From the human T2T-CHM13v2.0 reference genome, Homo sapiens: a stretch of DNA of 64,000 nt. Shown here in pieces: positions 17,515 to 31,758 of this stretch. Location: the NCBI RefSeq assembly GCF_009914755.1, contig NC_060937.1, one strand, 5' to 3'. The position numbers were made by a program, and so were the translations under genes. The notes beneath the pieces are model-generated. The model saw nothing but the letters and a program-made list of their open reading frames with translations, was not told the DNA's origin and searched no databases. Every line of letters starts with the position of its first letter. Within the stretch, counting starts at the first letter, position 1.

Positions 17515-20096
17515 TAAACAGCCAACACTTTAATGAAAAAGTAGTACCACTTTCCTACCCAGGCAATTAGGCAGATTTTTCTACAGTAATTTCACTCACA
17601 GAGGTCATGATGCAATAACAAATAATTGAATCCATTATTTATGTGGTTTATAAACTAACATGACATAGAAGCTCACTGAATCACCTGTTTTGCACTAGAA
17701 GTCAAACAGTATATATTCTGGCCCTTGTTTTCTCTAAAGCAAATGAATTCATTGCCATTAAAATATTAATTAGGAAGAATGATCCAATAATCCTAACATT
17801 AAGGTAATGTCTAAATGGAAAATATGACTGTAAGGAACACATAAGTAGTATATAGAATAGAATCTGAAATAAATTGAGGATATTTACAAATTAACCAGAT
17901 TCTAATCTGATTCAATTATTTTAAAATTATTTTGAAGTATGTTTTTAATAGTATAAATATATTAAAAAGAAAAGCTTTGCTGAGCATGCTGTTTATATTT
18001 TGTGAAATGTCTTCCTAAAGAAGTTCCAAGCTAGGCTGTAAAACCAATCCTGAGACACATTTTGTTTAAATAAACTTTACTTGAACTTCTATCCCATACT
18101 TAAGAAAAGCTATGGGCATATTCAATAACATCTCATCGTATACCTCTTTATTTTTCATTGTGGTATAATTGCTAATAAAGATAAAGAGCTGCTATTTAAT
18201 CACTTCCCTAAAAACATCAGTTTTATTTCAGTTTTTCCTATATGGTTTTGTCTTTTCTATTAAAATGTCCTCCTTTCTCCCCCTCTGTTGACCTAAGGAG
18301 TCTAGGTTGGCACCCTAATCCGCTATTTTCAGGGATCACCATAGATTTTCCATAGAAAACAGTTGGCTTTTATTGTTTGTTTGTTGTTGTTGTTTGTCTC
18401 CAGCATCTCAAGCTCACTGATTCTGTGAGCTTTCTGGTTTTAATCTCGCTTCTGCTTTCTGATTTTCAATCCGATTGAAACCAGAAATCTCAGAGTCAAT
18501 GCTGGGTAATTATCACTATTCTGCCTATCGGGGACAAGGTTAGGAATTTTCTCCCTGTGTGTATTTGACTTTCTCATCTCTCCTTCTTTCTTCCCCAGCT
18601 CCTCACAGCCAGGCCTCTGTTTTGTTCCCTGTGCTAAATTCACATTCCAGTATCGTACCCTTTCTAGTTCATGTAATTTCTCTATTTGAGGGATTTGATC
18701 CCATTTCTTACTTTTATGATTTCTGTATTATATAAATTAGGGAATCCTGCCTCAGGGAACACAGTGGAAATACTCATTTTTAGATTTGCAAGTGCATATT
18801 TTTATGGAACTCTTATAGTTGTATTCATCTCTGTTCATCTGTCCTAAATTGGTCTTTAGACCACTTATGCTAAGTAGGAACTCTAAACATAGGCTCGATA
18901 ACTGTGAACTCTTTTTCTGCATAACAACATCTCAATCCTATTTTACCTTTTGATAAGGCTTGCAAAACAGATAAGTAGGGAAAACCTGTACACAATGAGG
19001 CTACTATTCATATGTCTTATGGCCTTTCCCAGTGAAAGATTTGTAATGATGTCTAGGTGTGTTGAGTGTAAAGTGCAGTAAGGTTCGCTCAAGATTTTGC
19101 CATAACACATAAAAATGGCCACATTCCTACTCACAATATCCAAAGCACTTTTCTAAGCTGAATCTCTCTCCCTAGAAGTGACAGAGCCAGTGGGTGGGAG
19201 GCAGAGAATTGAGTGCAGGGTAAGTTACCTAAGAGGAATGGTCTAAAGTAGGCAAAGATTTTTGAAGTACCCATGATTAAAATTTTCTCTTCTACTAGAA
19301 GAATATTTTTTAGTCTCAAAGAGCCTCGTTTATAGGAAACCTTGAAAAGATAAGCTTATGCATTTTTTAGGCTGAATAACTAATAAAAAGCCGCTCTATA
19401 CCTGACCAATGGCATTCAAGTAAAGGGATTTATCATTTAAGTCAGGAGGGAAGAAGTAAAATTGCTGAGTTGAGTGGCTGCCATGAAGGGAGTGAGGGCT
19501 TTAAATGACCAAAAGAAGATTTAACTTCTTCCAGAGAACAAATGAAGGTGTGGAAGAAGATTTTACCAAGACAGAAGGTGCACAGAGACAACCTTTGGCG
19601 ATTTGGCAGCATTTCCTGGGTCCTTGGTAGAAACCAGTGCAGAGTTCCAAACACCGGCCAGGTTGGAGCTTCCAAAGCCATCCAGATATTCTAGTGCAGA
19701 CCTTGCTCACAAGCCTGGGCAGGTCAGCCCAGTTTCCCTTGTTCTGATACATTTAGTACAGCATCTGTACATTCTATCAGGTATTTCCTTGTTTGAGTCC
19801 CAATCCCTACCTACCTTGCCCACCATATTGAGAAAAGGGAGGCGAGAGAGTAAGAAACAGAAGAAATATAGATCTTCCCCACAGTCTCACTCACTTTGTT
19901 ATCATTAAGGTATTAAAAGATAGTTATGAGACTTTCCTCTCTTAAGAATGCATTCTGAGAATTTTCTGTATTCCCAAAGGATAGTTATCCTATTATTCTT
20001 TGAAGGGTGCTCATGGTCTGATTTACTCTGTGTGTGCATTTTCTCTTCTCATAAAAATTTTCAATTTGAGTTTCTTGAGGGCATAAAGCTGATATA

Positions 20097-20099
<3 letters not shown>

Positions 20100-20138
<39 letters not shown>

Positions 20139-20230
20139 TCATCTGTTGCCCTAAATCTCCAGAGTGCCTGGTGAGTGTGTATATGTATAATATATATACA
20201 CAAATACACACACACACACACACACACACA
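20100..20230. repeat. (TG)n and (CA)n microsatellites in inverted arrangement
   Basis: TG run at 20100-20136 and CA run at 20206-20230. Confidence 0.95.
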
Positions 20231-21294
20231 TTTATGTGTTTTTTTCCTTGTCTATATAAATAACATTGAAGTAAGTTTAGTTACTTTTCATTTTCTAACT
20301 CATTTGGTTCTCCAGTCAATAAAGGTATTTTCCAATACAACTTATTAATATTATTACCATAATCAGTTGAGATGCAAATCAATGACTCAGAATTGTCTAT
20401 CAGCTTCCTTCTAAAATTGATGAGTACAGAACTGTTGTATTTATTGATATTCTCATGGGAAACAGTTACTGATCAGGGTGAGGAAAAAGTGCAGACTAGG
20501 AAACAATGTGCTTTCAGAATTTGTATCTGTTTATCAGCCTTAAAGTTTATGTTGCAGCATTATCCTTTTTCCAAAACCCAGCTTAGTCCATGCTTCCCAT
20601 ACTGGTAGTTTTAATAGCTTCAGAAGCATTCTTCTTAGTAAGCCTTTAAATCCCTTATCAGAGCTGGGCAGATCGTAAGGTTCAAATATCCACAGGGACT
20701 AAGATCCAACTGAAAACAGGAGGCCGACATAGCTCGTTGTACATTGTTGGTGATTTTAGCTGTGTTTTTTGGAACTGGCCAAAATCCTAACCTTTGTCTC
20801 TTCTGAGATCTGATCCCGCATTTGACTAATTAAAAAAAAGGGCTGGGGCATTATATAGTTAAGTTGCAAAAAAAGCAAAGCGTGTGTTCCAACAGTAAAT
20901 GTGGTCTGTCTATGGAACGAATATACCAGTAGTCAGTTGTGTTTACCTGAACTTATATTTTTCTTGGCATTCTACAAACTAACATATTTATTTTGCCATT
21001 TGGATTAGGAAATGGAAATGACATGAACCAGAATTTGTATTGCTGGTAGGGAAGAAGTTTTTAAATTGTATTTGGATTTGTTCCTCAAGATTATGATGTG
21101 CAGTTCTAACTATTAGTGTCAAATATGACAAACGAAAATTATGTGACCTGCATGTGATTGATACTGCACAGGCTCTCTGCTCATATCTGTGTTTTGGATG
21201 GTTTGTACTCAAAGGCAACTTGTCCCAAATTATGCGCTGTAGATCAGAGTCTTAACATGATGCCTTAAGACACAGGTTCCCTGCTGAAACGAGA

Positions 21295-21512
21295 TTGAGA
21301 AATGCTGTGTGCTCCAATCCCTTCCTTAGACTTCCTCAGTGCATATTCACATATTAAAGACCCTAGGAATTACTGCAGGTAAGAATGTTGTTTACATAGC
21401 TTAATACAGCTTATTTTTCCCTTAGTTAACATAGAGTGATTTTTTTTAAAATGTAATACCTATTAACTACCAGGAAAAATAAGATTCAAAAAAATTATTT
21501 TGGGAAGTGCTT
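21295..21512. mobile_element. Old hAT-Charlie relic (MER103-like)
   Basis: ttgagaaatgctg...catattaaagaccctagg...aatacctattaac...tttgggaagtgct, similar to the relic at 1440-1950. Confidence 0.4.
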
Positions 21513-22228
21513 TCCCAAATTGTTCAACGGAAAAACATGTAAAGGATGCTGTGTGCTCTATGTTTTTGGAAAGGAAGGCATTTTTGTTCTTTGTAAGAAC
21601 AAAGGTAAGGCTGTGCATGCATGTGTGTGCAGGTACATGTGTGTGTACTGACAAGCACATGTGCATTGGAACATGTAGTATTTCTCTTTTGGGCTACAAT
21701 AAAGACATGGGAGTCTGGATAACTTGTGTTCAGTGCCCAGTCTTGTCTATCTGCAGTGACCTTAGGAAGCCTTTCTATTTTGTGTTCTCGGCTCTAACAT
21801 GGGTTGGTGAAGCCTAATCTGCTTAAAACATCTAACATGGAAATCATCACCCACATATTTGATTTCATACTGAAATCTAAATCATGCATACAGTATCAAA
21901 CTTTGACACAGTTTGGTGCATTTCTCAAGATCCTTCCTCACCTCTAACTTCCGAAAGGATTAGCCATAAATGTTGAGAGTAGGAAAATTACTGGCTCAAC
22001 TACTTTCTGCAACAAGAGAATAAACACTTCCTACAGGAAACTTTTCCACATCAATGATGGACTTGAAAAGTTCTGCATATTTATGTAAGAAGAGGAGGCA
22101 GTTTTATCATTTCATCATATATATTCACAATTCAATTTATAAGAAAACATGAATTACCAAGAAAAGTCAGATCATATGTTCATGTTAGGTTATAAATGTT
22201 GATATATCACAATATAACAAGTACAGAC

Positions 22229-22487
22229 CACGGTTTCTCAACCCCAGTGCTATTGACATTTGGGGCCAGATAATTCTAATGCTTTGTGTGTGTGTTGGGT
22301 GGGAGGGTCTGACTGTCCTGTGCCTTGTGGGATCTGTAGCTCCCTGGCCCCTACCCATTAGATGTCAGTAACACCCCCTGCCTTGCCCTTCACCCCCTCC
22401 CCAACTTGTGACAGCCAAAACTATCTCCAGACATCGCCAAACATTCCCCAAAGGGCAAAATTATTGCCCCTTCTCCAAGAACTACTG
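22229..22487 (-). mobile_element. MER20 (hAT-Charlie), full length
   Basis: cacggtttctcaacc...ttgtgacagccaaaactatctccagacatcgccaaacattcccc...agaactactg. Degenerate 8-bp TSD gtacagac / gtttagac. Confidence 0.88.
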
Positions 22488-22877
22488 GTTTAGACCTTAT
22501 TATTAATTGTAAAGTCAATGTATTCACTTTCCAAGTCTGCTCTTTAAAAAGTTTATGCATGCAATTAGTATGAATTCTCTGCAGTAATCATTGTCTCAAA
22601 TCCTCCACATATTCAAAAATGCCACCTGCATTTTATATTAACCAAGTGCAGCAAAACATAGTTCATCTTGGCCTAGGAGAAAAATTTTGTCACACTGATC
22701 CTCATTTTCTTCCTAAGTTGAAAGAGAGAGAAGGAAAGGGGTAGGGCCTAACTTTTACCTGTATGTAGTATGCATTTGGATTTTGGCTAAATAGTTGCTT
22801 AGGACCAAAACTCCTCCAAGAAATTTATTCGTCATTTATTTTTACTAATCAAAATGAATGGACTCTTTGAGTACCTC

Positions 22878-23054
22878 TGATATGGTTTGGCTCTGTGTCC
22901 CCACCCAAACCTCATCTTGTAGCTTCCATAATTCCCACGTGTTGTGGGAGGGACCTGGTAGGAGGTAACTGAATCATGAGGGCCGGTCTTTCCCTTGCTG
23001 TTCTTGTGATAATGAATGGGTCTCACGAGATCCGATGGTTTTTAAAACGGGAGT
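22878..23054 (+). mobile_element. THE1 (THE1A-like) MaLR LTR, 5' half only
   Basis: TGATATGGTTTGGCTCTGTGTCCCCACCCAAA...GGGAGGGACCTGG...GGTCTCACGAGATCCGATGGTTTTTAAAACGGGAGT, then an abrupt end. Confidence 0.9.
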
Positions 23055-24020
23055 GAGACTTACCTATGAGTGAGATCCATGTGTTTTGTGTTTTTCTGTG
23101 CCTAGCTTATTTTACTTAGTATAACGACTTCCAGTACCAACCATATTGCTGCAAATGGCAAGAGTTCATTCTTTTTTATGGTTGAATGATACTCTACTAT
23201 GTATATAGAACACATTTTCTTTATCCATTCATCCATTGATGAATACTTAAATTGATTCCATATATTGGCTATTGTGAATACTGCTGCAGTAGACTTGGGA
23301 GTGCAGATATCTCTTCAGTACACTGATTTCCTTTCTTTTGGGTATATACCTAGCAGTGGGATAACTGGGTCATATGGTAGTTCTGTTTTTAGCCATGCTG
23401 TTTTCTTCTTTTTTTTTTTTGAGACGAAGTCTCACTCTGTTGCCTAGGCTAGAGTGCAGTGGCACAATGTCAGCTCACTACAACCTCCGCCTCTGGGGTT
23501 CAAGCGGTTCTCCTGCTCAGCCTCCCAAGTAGCTGGTATTACAGGCACCCACCACCACACCCAACTGATTTTTGTACTTTTTAGTAGAGATGGGATTTTG
23601 CCATATTGGCCAGGCTGGTCTTGAACTCATGACCTTAGGTGATCTGCCTGCCTTGGCCTCCCAAAGCCATGCTGTTTTCTGTAGTGGCTGCACTACACTT
23701 TACATTTCCACCAACAATTCTACCACAGTTTTGTTTTTTGTTTTTTTCATCCATGGATAAGCACTGAGGTTGATTCCATGTCTCAGCCATTGTAAATAAC
23801 GCTACAGTGAACATGGGAATGCAGATATTCCTTCAATATCCTGATTTAATATTCTTTGAATATATACTCAGAAGTGGGATTGCTGGATCATATGACAGTT
23901 CTTTTTTTTTTTTTTTGAGGAACTTCTGTATTGTTTTTCATAAGGGCTGTACCAATTTACATTCACATCAACAGTGTACAGCAATTCCCTTTTCTCCACA
24001 TCCTTGCCAACACCTGCTGT
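23055..24020 (-). mobile_element. L1 (L1MA/MB-type) 3' region; two overlapping-consensus blocks plus an inserted Alu
   Basis: Antisense L1 motifs: cacattttctttatccattcatcc, gtgggattgctggatcatatg, ggctgtaccaatttacattcacatcaacagtgtac. Confidence 0.85.
23407..23664 (-). mobile_element. Alu (AluS-like), 5'-truncated, inside L1
   Basis: 16-bp TSD agccatgctgttttct at 23391-23406 and 23665-23680. Confidence 0.95.
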
Positions 24021-24567
24021 CTCCAAATCAATATTTCTTAAAGCGTGGTGCAAATTATGTCTCTCTATGCCCCAAGTTTCCTTTGTGAGCAGCCTGGTTT
24101 TCCAGCTTATCTCCTCCTCCCCTTTTCCTTTCACAAACCCTACAGAGCTTGACTCTTATTGCTGCCCACACACATGCTGCACTTGTCCTTCCCTGAATCG
24201 GTTTTCTTGCAGTTCCTTCCTCTGGGAGGGGCCCATCCTCCATCCACAGACCCTTGTGCCAAGCCTTTAATGGTCTTTCCAACCCAATGTGCTCCCCTCC
24301 CTCCTCTGAGCCCCAGGAGATTTCTGTTAGCTTTTCACCTTAGATTTTGTATTATAATGTATGTATAGTATTTGGTTTACCCTCCTTACTAGAGTCTACA
24401 TTTCACAGAAAGGACTATATGTAAACCAACTTTATACTTCCTAACATATGTGCTTTTCATGGACCTCGTTCCAAAATATCAATTAAATAAAACTGTACAT
24501 TGTCTAACTTTTTTTTTTTTCTAACAAGGACTGGAGCTCTAAGACCACACCAACTTGTTTTTGTACT

Positions 24568-24572
<5 letters not shown>

Positions 24573-24599
<27 letters not shown>
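24573..24599. repeat. (TG)n microsatellite
   Basis: Uninterrupted TG run. Confidence 0.95.
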
Positions 24600-24603
<4 letters not shown>

Positions 24604-27498
24604 CTTTTGGCAGCCAAATATACAAAATGAACAGCTTTTATATTAATCTGAGATAGTGAAATTAATGAGAAGGGCTGCTTTTGTGGCTCTGGCACAATTC
24701 TAAAGGGATCAGAGCAATCACCAAAGGGTTCAACTAATTAAATAATACTACACGCTAAGCAGCAAAGCTAGCTTCGCAAAACTAATCTGAAATAAATGAA
24801 AAGAAAATGTGAAAAACAAGTGTATGACATTGATGCTGTAATACTCCATCCTCTCTTTGTCCCTGTCTCTGTCTGTCTCCACCACATTGTCACTTCCCAC
24901 CCTGCTTTCTCTTTCCCTCCTTCTCTCCTTCCTTTTTGACAGATATCAATGACACATCTCATTTAGTTTCTCACAGGAGCAATATCTAAGTAACCAGGTA
25001 TAATGCTATATATGTCTTTTTAAGTCTAGGAGTTTAAAACTTTCAAATCTTGATTTTGCCGCTGAAAACAAATAGAGCTAAGAACATGTTCCTGATTTAG
25101 ATTTTAAAAACAATAATAATAAATTAAACTAAAATTATCTTCAGGAAGTTCCTATTTCTAATTTTCAATCTAATTTTCTGGGATTCTGAGTTAAGATTCA
25201 CTCACAGTATTTTAATTCATAGAATGGCTTTTCTTCTCCCACCCCACTCTAATCTCTTCATACTAGCCATGAGATTTAAGTTTTGGTAATAATGGAAACA
25301 AGTCAGATTAAAAAAATGTTTTCTTATTAACTGTCAGATGAAGGCACTTGTATTTTCCCTTTCTATATTTTTGTCTCCTAATGTGGATATACCACATTTT
25401 CAAAAGATAATCCAAGATACAGTTCAGACTGTAATCCATGTTAATTGTGATGACAGTGTCTGTGTATGGTACTGTTATACAAATAGGAATTAGAAAACAG
25501 CCTCACTTCACAGAGAATTAACTAAATGGTGCTAAACCGGTTACTCAAAGAGGTGGAGAAGTGTAGAGAACCACTGCTTTCCTTTAGCTCAGAGTCTCCT
25601 TTGGGGTGGGGGGAGAAGTCTGGCGCCACAAAAGGAATTAGGCTCTGGTTTGAACAGAGACCTGAAGGCTATTAAGTTTATTTTAAGAATGTGTTGCCAG
25701 AGATCTAATAAATTTATTCGTAGCTTCAGGCAGTGCATGCACGAAATCTTGCTGCACCAGGTGTTTTGTTTTGTATTTTTTCTCTTCCCCAGAGGGAGAA
25801 GAGGGTGTGGATCTTCTTGACAAACTTAACTCTTGGTAAAGCAGTTATTTTTTCTATAACAATATAGTATTTAAATTTTTTTTAACTTATATACAAGTGA
25901 AAAATAATTTAAAAAATTATATCTGGGCTGCTTTAAAGAAAATAAAGTAAGTCCTCCCAAATTATGTATACACATATAATTTTACTTAATTTTAAACACA
26001 TTTTAAAATAGTCTTATGCTTAAGAACAGTATTTGAGATTACAGCCTGTTAAATGGAAAGACCACTAAACCAGGAGTGAAATCCCTGGGAATTTAAAATG
26101 CTTTGTAATCTTATTCACATCCCAACCTTTCTGAATCTTAGTGAAATGGAGCATTGAGAAAAGATGGAATCCAGCATTCATTCTGCTCTAAAATGCTTGG
26201 CATCCGTTTATATTATTCACACACATAATCATTTCTTGAGTTAGTTTGTGTTCTTATTTAGAATACAGTGTTATACTTGCATTTTCAGGAACAAATAATT
26301 CTCAGCCACTCACATCACAGTGTTAAAATGACAAAATTAGCTTGTAATTTAGACTCCAAATGATAATCCAATAACCTGAATGTTGTAAATGAGAGTTCAT
26401 GTTGCAGTTATGTATTTGCTTTGTCCTTTGTCCTCTGTAGGTGTACACCTGAATTCCTTATCCTAGGCATGCATACCAGCAGTACAGACATTCATTCCAC
26501 TAAGTGTAAGCTCCCAATTAGGAAAGTACAGTGTTACCCAATTAAATCAGGTTTGATGAAGGAAATATGCTTAAACTCTAGGTGAGGGGATGTAAATTCA
26601 TGTTTCTTCCTTCCTTTTCCCCCCTTTTTGTTGCAGGGGATCAAAATTAACACATTCTTTTTATTTTATTTTATTTTTTATTTTATTTTATTTTATTTTT
26701 GAATGGAGCTGGGGGAGGGGGCTGTGCTTAGAGAAATGCAGAGGATCCCTGCAGGCTCAGGCTTGCAGATTCCCATTCCAACCTGGCTGTGGCCTGATGA
26801 TGCACATTAGTCAGCCTGGAAGGAGGATTTTCCTTCTAGCTTCCCTGGATTTTGGCTTTGGCTCCAAATTAATTCATCAAACCAGAGGGTCTTAAATCCT
26901 AGCTTGCGTTAATTTTTTATAAATCCATCTCAAATATTTATTAACCGGCTTTCATACCCTTTGCTTTGTCACATAATACTTATCATTTGAGGGCCTCACT
27001 ATTCACTAGAATGAGAGCTGATAGTAGAGGGAAACTCACTCGGATGACAGTTTTGCTTCTTTCCAATAGCACTAATTTATAAATTAAGTTAAGCAAATTA
27101 GAATTAAGCTAGAATAGCCTGCAAATAGGATATTCACCTAAACAACGTCAAATGAAGACTCAGAGGAAGTATAGGAATAATATTAGCAGGCTGCACTTGA
27201 ATGCTACATCTACCACATACTACACCCCTTGGAATGTAAAGTGGGTAGTTTAATCTGACACTGATTTACCTCATGCATAGAATGTGGAAATACCTAAATT
27301 GCAGGGTTGCTGTGAGATGCATTGAGATAATGTGCGTATTATCAAAATCACCCTGACCATGGCCCTCAATCTGTCCAGCTCTCCTCTGCAGGCATTTTCA
27401 GAGTCGCCAAGGCTGAGCTGAATTCAGCCAGTTTATACCTGCACTTGAGTTCCAGTTGTTTTTGATGAGTGTTATGGTTTCTCTTTTTTGTGTTTTGA

Positions 27499-27914
<416 letters not shown>

Positions 27915-28904
27915 AGTCAAGATTATTTTTAATATCACTTCTGCCCCAAGGATAGGTGCTTTCCATAGTAAACCCAGTTGCCCAACATCTGCACAGCTCT
28001 ACTAGAAATCCTATCACAGCTATGCCCAACTCCCCCATAGGAGGAACCCTCCCTGTGGCCCCAGGAACCCCCAGGGGTGGGCCACATAACTGTGTGGTGA
28101 TATTTTCTGTTATTCTCTATTGAAGGAAAAGGGTATCCAAAGTGTGCTGCTTGGCCCCTGGTGTGAAAAAGAGACTAATTAAGCATCTCTTTAAATTTCC
28201 ACTTACACTGCTTTCTTTCCCTGGAATCCAAAAATACATCCAGGAGCCTGGGCAAGAATTAGAGATGAGAAAACTTACACTACACTTTGAATCCCTACAC
28301 TCAGATGATTAAACTTTTCTATAGAGTCCATTATTTTGCCTGACATCCATTTTCATTACCACAAGTTCTCTCTCCACAGGCTCCTTTATAGCCCAAGAAA
28401 ATCAGCTTCCATGAGGTCTGTCACTCCAGTTTCCCACCTAAGCACAGGAAGATGGGAACCCCAGATGTGGGCTGTTGCTTAAACTGAGATCCTAGAATGA
28501 ATTATCCTAAAATTGTCTAGTAGGATTAGGGGTGATTCTTCATTAGAATTCATTCCATGCATATCACTTTCCCGTAGGCTAACAACAATCCTACAGATTT
28601 TCTTTGTATACCCTCAAATTAGCAGGTAACCATGCGGGAGCCAGTACACCCTTCACCCCCAAGCCACAGCTGTGTCTACATACTAATATTGTCATGGCCA
28701 GGGACAGATGGCTGGAGGGAGGCCAGAGCTGCCCATCTGAGAATGCAGTGAGGGTTCCTTTCAATTCACACTCCTGAGCATATGCCAGAAAAGGGATTGA
28801 TTAAAGCAAGACAAAATGTGTGGGGTAAACATTTTTCTGCTCCTGTGCTCCATTATTTTTGAGTCCCCAAAGAATAACCTATTGTGACTTTTACTGAGTA
28901 AATA

Positions 28905-29831
<927 letters not shown>

Positions 29832-30307
29832 CATATTAGTCTTTTGCATAGTAGATGAATAGGAATTTCAGTCTTTGGAAACTTGTGTACAAATACCCAT
29901 TATATACCCACATTATATACCTGGGATGGGTATATATGTAACCATATCATGTCCTCAAGGAACAAAATTACACATAGTAATGTGGACTGTGATACTCTTG
30001 GCTTGTAAGGTGAACATTGATATATTTGTCAGCACCCATCTCCACCTCCATGTAATCTGGCCGTTGCTTGTCTGAATATTGAGTAGAGTATGAAATAATC
30101 CACACTTGATCTCAATTCAGTGTAGTTTGTGTGACAATTACTAAGATATCATAGCTTCATTTATTCTTTTGTGCTTGTACATGGCTATCCTAAAAATGGC
30201 CCAAAAGATCACTATAAGCTGTGTGTGTCCAGTGGAAACCCATGTGTGTCGTGGTGCTGTGCCTGTTTCCCTCTACGTCCTGGGTCTTTGTCATGCCATT
30301 CCTCTTT

Positions 30308-30600
<293 letters not shown>

Positions 30601-31009
30601 CCATTCCTCTTTCTCTACATTTCTCTACCAAGTCTCCATATTTGTTTGTGCTGCCTCATTTTCAGAATGTGTTAGGCAATGGAAATGGTGAGGAGGGAGT
30701 GTTCAGAAGGAAGGGAGAAAATGATAGAACAATTATCATAAGCAGCAATTCTTGAATACCTTACTATTGGACTAATCATTATTGAAATTATCAAATAGTC
30801 TAAAGCTTGTCATCCCTCGGTGCCTGAGTCACCTCTGGATGATCCAGGGTGGGCTGCAGATGTATCTTGACCTTGCCTTCTTTGTCTCTAATATCCAATC
30901 TCCTAAATAGGAGGAGAAGGAATTAAATATTTAGTAAATGTCCTAGTGCCTACCACATTGAATTCTTTGAAGTTCCTTTTTATTTTTTAAACCGGATTTC
31001 TTATCTCTC

Positions 31010-31280
31010 TTCTTATACCTAATCTTCCAGGAACGCCTTCCCCTCCATCTCTCTGAATGTCTAAATACCACCCTGTACTTAAGCCCCCATTTAAACACTA
31101 TCTCTTCCATGAGTTTGTCTTTGATCCCCTCAGGCTACAGTAATCCCTCACTCTTGTGAACTCCCACAGCTCATTATCAGTGCCTCTCACAGCATTTGCC
31201 AGGCTCTAGTTTGTGCACATTATCTAGGTGCCTGTGCCATCTCCCTCAGTTGAATGCCAGCCCCTGGGGGCAGGGTAAGA
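31010..31280 (+). mobile_element. L2 3' region fragment
   Basis: Pyrimidine-rich L2-like motifs (ggaacgccttcccc, aaacactatctcttccatgag, gaactcccacagc). Confidence 0.5.
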
Positions 31281-31598
31281 GCCAAGTCGGCTTCAGCTCT
31301 GCACCAGGTGGTTTTCAGCAAAGAGTGAAGTCAGTCTGACTTTAGGGGCCAGAGGACAGGATTCCACAAGCTCGAGGAGATTCTCCTATGGAAGATTCTG
31401 AGGCAATGCAAAGTTCAAGAGAAGGTAATCCTATCACGGAAATGGCAATGAAATGAATCCCTTATTTTAACTTTAATTTTAGATCTTCACCATAATCACT
31501 AGCATTGATTTGGATGGTAGCTGCATGGTTGCTAATCACCGTCCTTGCTGTCTAAGAGAACAAGACTTCTTAAAAATCTGCTTAAAAATCAAATTATC

Positions 31599-31758
31599 TG
31601 CCCAGTGCAGTGGCTTACACCTATAGTCCCAACTACTCAGGGGCCTGAGGTGGGAGGATCACTTGAGCCCAGGAGTTTGAGACTGCAGAGAGCTGTGATA
31701 GCATCACTGCCCTCCAGCCTGGTCAGCAGAGTGACACCATGTCTCTAAAACAATAACG
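31599..31758 (+). mobile_element. FRAM/FAM Alu monomer
   Basis: Single right-arm-type monomer. TSD aaaatcaaat(t/g)atct at 31585-31599 and 31759-31773. Confidence 0.88.

Noticed and set aside
21365-21390. ctgcag|gtaaga recursive-site-like motif
   Set aside because: No polypyrimidine tract, and it lies in a DNA-transposon relic.
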